Positions 58,196-64,000 of a DNA stretch of 64,000 nucleotides are shown here, in pieces (position 1 is the first letter of the stretch; the number at the start of each line of letters is the position of its first letter). The notes under the pieces are model-generated. The model saw only the letters and a list, made by a program, of their open reading frames with translations. It made no database searches and was not told the DNA's origin. Location: NCBI GenBank assembly GCA_963822945.1, contig CAWGJO010000020.1, positions 608,001 through 672,000 on the forward strand, read 5' to 3'. The position numbers and the translations under genes were made by a program. The DNA is from an uncultured Gemmatimonadaceae bacterium (lineage in GTDB: Bacteria; Gemmatimonadota; Gemmatimonadetes; Gemmatimonadales; Gemmatimonadaceae).

Positions 58196-59266
58196 TCAGC
58201 CCATCGGTTGCCGGTAGCCTGCCGCATACCGTCCCGTCAGGAACATCTCCAATTGCCGTTCGATGTCGGTGAGCAGCGAACTGGCGCCGAACCGGAAGAG
58301 GTCGGCACGCAGCCACCGGGTGCCCAACTCCTCCTTCATCAGGTACATGAATTCGAGGGCTTGCTTGGCAGTGCGGATGCCGCCCGCCGGCTTGAAACCC
58401 ACCGCGTAGCCGGTCTGCTCGTGGTACTGACGGATCATCCGGGTCATCACCAGCGCAAAGGGGAGGGTCGCGTTCACACCTTCCTTGCCGGTGGACGTCT
58501 TGATGAAGTCGGCGCCAGCCTGCATGGCGACCATGCTCGCCCGGGCCACGTTGCCGAGCGTCGCCAGTTCGCCGGTGGCGAGGATGGCCTTCATATGTGC
58601 ATCGCCGCAGGCCGCGCGGAAGGCCTTCACTTCGTGATAGAGAGCTTCATAGTTGCCCGTGAGCACGTGCGCGCGGGTAATGACGATGTCGATCTCGCGC
58701 GCGCCGGCCGCAACCGACGCGTGGATCTCCTCCAGGCGCTGCTCGAAGGGATTCAAACCGGCCGGAAACCCGGTCGAGACCGCCGCCACGGGAATGTCGG
58801 TGCCGCGCAGTGCCTCAACCGCCGTCTGCACCAGCGCGTGGTACACGCACACCGCGCCCACCGTGATGTGGAGGTCCTCGACCCCGAGCCCCGCCGCCAC
58901 GTCGTCACGCAGCGGGCGCTGCGCCTTGGCGCACAACCGCCGCACGTTACCGGGCGTGTCGTCGCCGGAGAGGGTCGTCAGGTCGATGAGGGTGATGGCG
59001 CGGAGCAGCCAGGCCGCCTGCCACTCCTTCTTCACGGTGCGGCGCGTAGGAATCGTGGCCGCCCGGCGCTCCACGGCACTCCGGTTCACCCGGATGGCGC
59101 GCACGACGTCGAGATCGAGCGGCGTGCCCGCATTCCGTTCCAGATGGGAGGCCGGCGGCCCGGACCGATCGGCGGTCACCAGCACGGGGCGGGGGCCATG
59201 CCCGGCACTGGCGGCGGCTTTCCGCGTCGCCGGCTCGAGGTTGCGATTCGCAGTCATGGAAGCCAC
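58196..59266 (-). CDS. deoC: Deoxyribose-phosphate aldolase
   Basis: IDLTTLSGDDT, EIDIVI, DFIKTSTGKE, GFKPAGGI, FRFGASSL. Confidence 0.93.
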   Translation of the reverse strand: MASMTANRNLEPATRKAAASAGHGPRPVLVTADRSGPPASHLERNAGTPLDLDVVRAIRVNRSAVERRAATIPTRRTVKKEWQAAWLLRAITLIDLTTLSGDDTPGNVRRLCAKAQRPLRDDVAAGLGVEDLHITVGAVCVYHALVQTAVEALRGTDIPVAAVSTGFPAGLNPFEQRLEEIHASVAAGAREIDIVITRAHVLTGNYEALYHEVKAFRAACGDAHMKAILATGELATLGNVARASMVAMQAGADFIKTSTGKEGVNATLPFALVMTRMIRQYHEQTGYAVGFKPAGGIRTAKQALEFMYLMKEELGTRWLRADLFRFGASSLLTDIERQLEMFLTGRYAAGYRQPMG

Positions 59267-59351
59267 GGAGCTACATCACGGACGGCATGCCCGGATGGAC
59301 CTGTATACTAATGTCTACCAAGCGCTTCCGCACGAACTGCGGCCCCGTCTG

Positions 59352-60014
59352 CTACTCCTCGGTCAACAGCCCCAGATGCAGCGCGAACTGCACGTACTCC
59401 GACCGGTGCTGCAGGCCGAGTTTCTCCTGGATGCGTTGCTTGTAGGTATCGACGGTCTTGGGGCTGATGAACAGCCGCGCGCCGATCTCGGGCGCCGAAT
59501 ACCCCTGGGCGACCAGTCGGAGCACGTCTCGCTCGCGCTGCGTGAGACGCTCGTACTTGGTCCGCTCGTCGATATGCTCGGCTTTCTTCCGCAACCCACC
59601 GGCCAACACCCGTGCCGCCGATGGCTGGAGGTACGTGTCGCCGTGCGCCACGGCCCGCACCGCGTCCACCAGCTCGCGATCGGCCGCGCTCTTCTGCAGG
59701 AACCCGCTGGCCCCACTCTCCAACAGAGGCACGAGTGCCTCGTCGGGGGAGTGCATGGTCAGAATCAGGATCCGGGTCCGCGTGCCGGCCGCCGAGAGCG
59801 TCTTCGTCGCCTCGGCACCGTCCATCTGCGGCATGGATAGATCCATGACCAGTACGTCGGGATCCATCTTCTCGGTCATCGCCACCGCGTCGGCGCCGTT
59901 CGCCACCTCGCCGATCACCTGGATGTCCTTGGCGCCACCGAGCACCGCTTTCAGGCCGGCGCGAACTACGGTGTGGTCATCTGCGAGTACGACGCGAATG
60001 ATGTCGTTGGTCAC
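59352..60014 (-). CDS. NarL/FixJ family response regulator
   Basis: LADDH, MDLSMP, LTMH, FLQK, LuxR HTH (LTQRE..ISPKTV). Confidence 0.93.
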   Translation of the reverse strand: MTNDIIRVVLADDHTVVRAGLKAVLGGAKDIQVIGEVANGADAVAMTEKMDPDVLVMDLSMPQMDGAEATKTLSAAGTRTRILILTMHSPDEALVPLLESGASGFLQKSAADRELVDAVRAVAHGDTYLQPSAARVLAGGLRKKAEHIDERTKYERLTQRERDVLRLVAQGYSAPEIGARLFISPKTVDTYKQRIQEKLGLQHRSEYVQFALHLGLLTEE

Positions 60015-61096
60015 TGGTTCAACCCCTCGTGCACGGTGGCCGTCGCGACCACACTGGTTCCACTCCCCGGCGCGCTGGAAATCTGCATGTCGCCCCCGGC
60101 GTGCGCGAGCAGTTCCCGCGCCCGGAACAGGCCGATGCCACTCGACATTCGGTCTGCCGTTTCCACGTCGAAGCCGAGGCCGTCATCCTCGATCTGCAGA
60201 CGTATCCCGCTGCCGTCACGCGACAGACTGATCCAGACCGAGCCCGCATGGGCGTGACGTTCCACATTGCGCACTGATTCCTCGGCGACCCGGTACAGGG
60301 CGGTCACCAGAGCCAACGGCATTGGGGAGTCGTTGCCGTCGGTCGTGACGCTGACGTCGAGATTCGTGCGCCGCGACACCCGCCGGCCCAGAGCCTCGAG
60401 CGCCGCCGCCAATCCGAATTCTCCCAGCAATCCCGGGTAGACCGACTCGGCCACACCCTGGATGTCCTCCACCATGTGCGCCGCGATATCGCGCGCCGCC
60501 GCCAGGTTGGGGGCCTGCTCCGGATTGTTGCACTCCCGGACGGCCGCCGACAGGTGCATGGTCAGCGCCGACAACTGCTGCGCCGTCGCCTCCCGGAGTT
60601 CGTCCGCAATCCCGGCCCGCTCCGCCTCGCGAACGCGCAGGCTCTGCCGCACCAAGTGCCGAATGCGCGCCCGGTCGCTCTCCACCCGGCTCAGCAGCCG
60701 ATTGAACGACTCACCCAACTCACCCATCTGGCGGTCGGCGATCGGCGACGCCGGCACCCGAGCGGAGAAGTCGCCCTCCGAGACCTGCTGCGCCACCTCC
60801 TGCAATCCGTCCAGCGGGAGCAGCGCCAGCCGCACCAGCAGCGCGTTGGCCACGAAGCTGACTCCGAGCGCCAGACAGACCAGCGCAAAGAGGCCGGGAT
60901 GCCCGAAGACGGCCGAAACCGACAGCGCCGCCAAGGCAATCAGCATATTGGCGCCCAACAACTTACCGATGAGCGGCATGCGCAGGATCCGCTGGCGCCA
61001 AGTCGGCATCGGGTTGATGTCCGTCGTGGACAAATCGGACGTTCGACTTGGCGGGATCACGGTGGGCTGGGCTTCGGTCATGGTCATCGGGCACAC
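60011..61096 (-). CDS. HAMP / HisKA_3-type sensor kinase lacking the phospho-acceptor His
   Basis: 2 TM, HAMP, ER..IADELREATAQ (canonical ELHD), EESVRNVERHA, DDGLGF, GIGL. Start may be 61087 or 61081. Confidence 0.82.
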   Translation of the reverse strand: MCPMTMTEAQPTVIPPSRTSDLSTTDINPMPTWRQRILRMPLIGKLLGANMLIALAALSVSAVFGHPGLFALVCLALGVSFVANALLVRLALLPLDGLQEVAQQVSEGDFSARVPASPIADRQMGELGESFNRLLSRVESDRARIRHLVRQSLRVREAERAGIADELREATAQQLSALTMHLSAAVRECNNPEQAPNLAAARDIAAHMVEDIQGVAESVYPGLLGEFGLAAALEALGRRVSRRTNLDVSVTTDGNDSPMPLALVTALYRVAEESVRNVERHAHAGSVWISLSRDGSGIRLQIEDDGLGFDVETADRMSSGIGLFRARELLAHAGGDMQISSAPGSGTSVVATATVHEGLNQ

Positions 61097-61292
61097 TCGT
61101 GCGCATACCGAAGCGAGCGCCCCGATGGGGCGCTCACTTTCCGCGCATGTTGCTTGGAACTGCTACTCGAGGTGCCGTGGAATGGCATGGCGTGAACCGG
61201 CCAATTGTGACGTCGCCGCTGAACCTACTGGCCGGGATATCCCTACACTGTCGGGAATGAACGGGCTTGTGCTCAGGGGTTTTCAGTAACAT

Positions 61293-61311
61293 TGTCAGGG
61301 AATCCCTGACA
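61293..61311. promoter_or_regulatory. Perfect 8-3-8 palindrome, candidate regulator-binding site
   Basis: TGTCAGGG-AAT-CCCTGACA in the divergent intergenic region. Confidence 0.6.
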
Positions 61312-61376
61312 GTCCCCCCTACCGCTGCCGGGTGATGCCTTGAATTATGATTCCCATACCCTCATTGCACTCTTCG

Positions 61377-62954
61377 ATGACCGCGTCACTTCCCGGCTCC
61401 CTACTCGCAGAAATCATCGGCATCTCCGCCGACGCGATCATTTGTATCGGGAGCGACCACCGCATCATCTTCTTCAACGAGGGTGCGGTCCGGATCTTCG
61501 GGTACACGCCCGATGAAGTGATGGGCCAGCCACTGGATATGCTGCTGCCGCCCACCCTCCGTGCCGGGCACAAGCGGCACATAGAGGCGTTCGTCGAGTC
61601 GCCGGTCACGGCCCGCCGAATGGGCGAGCGTCGGGAGATCTCCGGCGTGCGGAAGAACGGGGACGAGTTCCCAGCCGAGGCCGCCATCGCCAAACTGCGC
61701 GCCGAGGGCGACGTGTTTGCCTCGGTCGTGCTGCGCGACGTCACCGATCGCAAACACGCGGAGCGGCGCCAGCAGTTCCTGGTGGAAGTGTCGGAGCTGC
61801 TCGCGTCGTCGCTGGAACTCGGCGAGACACTCGGCATGCTGGCGCGGCTCTGGATTCCTTCGCTGGCCGACCTCGCCGTGGTCGAGATGAGGCACCGCGG
61901 CGAGATCTGCCACCGGCGAGCGATGATGCGCCCGGATGGCAGTCTGGATGAGTCGGCCGTCGCCGTGGCAGCCGGTGAGCCCTGGACTTCTGTGGAAGGG
62001 GGAGACGACTCCGCGGCTCAGCCCGTGTCGGCGCTGTCGGTGGACGCGGCCCTGGACGCCATTCCAGCCGTCTATCGTGACGACGCGGCCCAGGTCGGCG
62101 CCTGTCTGGCCTTTTCGGTATCGCTCGTTCGTGGCGGCGAGATCTTCGGTCGTATCATCGCGTTCAGCCGCCACCATGCCTCGTTCGGCGTTGATGACCT
62201 CACACTCATCAACGATCTGGCGCGACGCGCCTCGATGGCAGCGGAGAACGCCCGTCTCCACGACGAACTCCAGTGGGCGCTGCGGGACCGCGACGATACG
62301 CTGAGCGTGGTCTCACACGACCTTCGCAATCCGGTGAACGCCGTCAAGATGCTCGCCGGCGCCGTGCTCCGGCCCGGTTCCGCCGAGCAGTTGCAACCGG
62401 CCGTGATCGATCAGGTGCGCGTGATCCAGAGCGCGGCGCAGCAGATGGACACCCTGATCCAGGATCTGCTCGACATGAGCCGCGCCGAGGCGGGGCGGTT
62501 CGCCGTGGACATGCGACCCGTTCACGCGGGTACGCTGTTGCGCGATGCCCTCCGTACGCTCGGGCCCCTGGCCGAAGACAAGGGGGTCACGATCGTGACG
62601 GCATGGAAAGACACACTGCCCGACGTGCAGGTGGAACCGGAGCGGATCACGCAGGTGATCTCGAACATCGTCGGCAACGCCATCAAGTTCAGCCCCACGG
62701 GTGGCGAGATTCGCGTGTTGGCCGAGGAGCGCTCGGACGCCGTGCTCGTAACCGTCGCCGATAACGGGCCCGGCATTCCGGCCGAGCACCTCGCCCATGT
62801 GTTCGATCGCTACTGGCAACTGAGCCGCCGTAACCGCGGCGCCGGCCTGGGATTGCCGATTGCCAAAGCCATCATCGAGGCCCACCAGGGACGGATCTGG
62901 GCCGAGAGCGTCGAGGGAGAGGGCGCGAAATTTCACTTCACGCTGCCCCTCTAG
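61377..62954 (+). CDS. PAS/GAF sensor histidine kinase
   Basis: PAS (FNEGA.RIFGY, RKNGDEFP.E), GAF, SHDLRNP, NAIKFS, DNGPGI, GLGL. Start at 61347 or 61377. Confidence 0.9.
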   Translation: MTASLPGSLLAEIIGISADAIICIGSDHRIIFFNEGAVRIFGYTPDEVMGQPLDMLLPPTLRAGHKRHIEAFVESPVTARRMGERREISGVRKNGDEFPAEAAIAKLRAEGDVFASVVLRDVTDRKHAERRQQFLVEVSELLASSLELGETLGMLARLWIPSLADLAVVEMRHRGEICHRRAMMRPDGSLDESAVAVAAGEPWTSVEGGDDSAAQPVSALSVDAALDAIPAVYRDDAAQVGACLAFSVSLVRGGEIFGRIIAFSRHHASFGVDDLTLINDLARRASMAAENARLHDELQWALRDRDDTLSVVSHDLRNPVNAVKMLAGAVLRPGSAEQLQPAVIDQVRVIQSAAQQMDTLIQDLLDMSRAEAGRFAVDMRPVHAGTLLRDALRTLGPLAEDKGVTIVTAWKDTLPDVQVEPERITQVISNIVGNAIKFSPTGGEIRVLAEERSDAVLVTVADNGPGIPAEHLAHVFDRYWQLSRRNRGAGLGLPIAKAIIEAHQGRIWAESVEGEGAKFHFTLPL

Positions 62955-63242
62955 CCGGCAATCCCTCCGGAAGCCTCGGCCCAGGCCAATGTGATGGCGG
63001 CCGGCCCCGGTGATCCGAATCGTTCATACTGCCGTTGCGAGTTACTCTGTACGAATTAGAAACAGATTGACACTAATACGGGCACGAAGCGACGATCCGG
63101 GGCCGGCGCGCCTGCCCGCGCCTCCCGGTTCGGCATGCCCTTCACAACCCGTCCACGGGTCCCGGCATAACGCGCCGCCGATTCTGCGAATACCTTCATC
63201 CCACACCTCCCCCCGACCATTTCCCTCCACCCCAACTGACCC

Positions 63243-64000
63243 ATGAATCGCTCCCCCCGCCCCACCGTTGCCGTGTTGGCGTTGGTTGCGCTGCTTGCCG
63301 CCGCCTGCGCTTCTCCCAAAGCACCGCAGACTCCGGCGCTCAGTCGGGCCAATCTCGACACCACCTGCGCGCCATGCACCGACTTCTACCAATACGCCAA
63401 CGGCGGCTGGCTCAAGCGAGACACCATCCCGTCTGCCTATCCCTCGTACGGCGCATTCTTCGCTGTGCAGGATCACAACTGGGACGTGCTGCACGAGATC
63501 CTGGATCGCGATGCCAAGGACGCGGCGGACGGCAAGCTCACGGCGGGATCGGGGCCGTGGAAGGTCGGGACGTTCTACGCCAGCTGCATGGATACCGTGG
63601 CGATCAACAAGCAGGGCCTTGCGCCGCTCCAACCGGTGCTCGACGTCATCGCCGCCATCCAGGCGCCGAGCGATATCCGCACGGGGATGGGCATGCTCGA
63701 ACACGTGGCCGGACTGGCGCCCTGGTCCAACGGCGCCGGGCAGGATGCCAAGGATGCCACTCAGGAAATCGCGGTCCTCGGCCAGGGTGGGCTCACCCTC
63801 CCGAACAAGGAGTATTACACCAAGACCGACCCCGCCTCGCAGAAGATTCGAGACGAGTTCGTCGCCCACGTGGCGCGCATGTTCCAGTTGATGGGCGACT
63901 CCGCGAACGTCGCGGCGGCGGAGGCAAAGACGGTGTTGTCGATCGAGACTCGGCTGGCCAAGGCGTCCAAGGCACCCGTGGAGCTGCGCGACCCGAACGC
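63243..64000 (+). CDS. M13 family metallopeptidase lipoprotein (5' part only)
   Basis: Manual translation: lipobox AAAC, PCTDFYQYANGGWL, FYASCMD, GQGGLTLPNKEYY, IETRLAKAS; runs off the window. Confidence 0.88.
   Translation, partial: MNRSPRPTVAVLALVALLAAACASPKAPQTPALSRANLDTTCAPCTDFYQYANGGWLKRDTIPSAYPSYGAFFAVQDHNWDVLHEILDRDAKDAADGKLTAGSGPWKVGTFYASCMDTVAINKQGLAPLQPVLDVIAAIQAPSDIRTGMGMLEHVAGLAPWSNGAGQDAKDATQEIAVLGQGGLTLPNKEYYTKTDPASQKIRDEFVAHVARMFQLMGDSANVAAAEAKTVLSIETRLAKASKAPVELRDPN

Noticed and set aside
63040..63085. AT-rich patch with TTGACA upstream of the M13 peptidase
   Set aside because: No -10 element at a suitable spacing; too weak to call a promoter or sRNA.

Overview
High-GC bacterial chromosomal window. 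Gene content (ADOP permease, DUF6526, DUF4097, pilin cassettes) suggests Gemmatimonadota or a related lineage; this is inference. About 55 CDS are supported. No rRNA, tRNA, CRISPR array, integrase or transposase was recognised. Housekeeping content: PotA/FbpC-type ABC genes, a PIG-L deacetylase, sucA, msrPQ, hsp20, a TetR-TolC-HlyD-ABC efflux operon, sufE, a split pntA/pntB transhydrogenase, ada, deoC with a two-domain ALDH, three histidine kinases and a partial M13 peptidase. Most unusual features: (1) two paralogous fimT-pilV-pilW-pilX cassettes flanking an opposite-strand AraC / ZU5-like HFS lipoprotein / TPR unit, followed by a stand-alone LytTR gene; (2) a membrane-only PntB paralogue divergent from the pnt operon; (3) a cluster of two Tat Rieske proteins and two membrane proteins, one with four His-led helices; (4) a His-less NarX-type kinase with palindromic boxes upstream. 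Several single-base frameshifts probably reflect assembly error. All calls come from manual reading; no database search was run.
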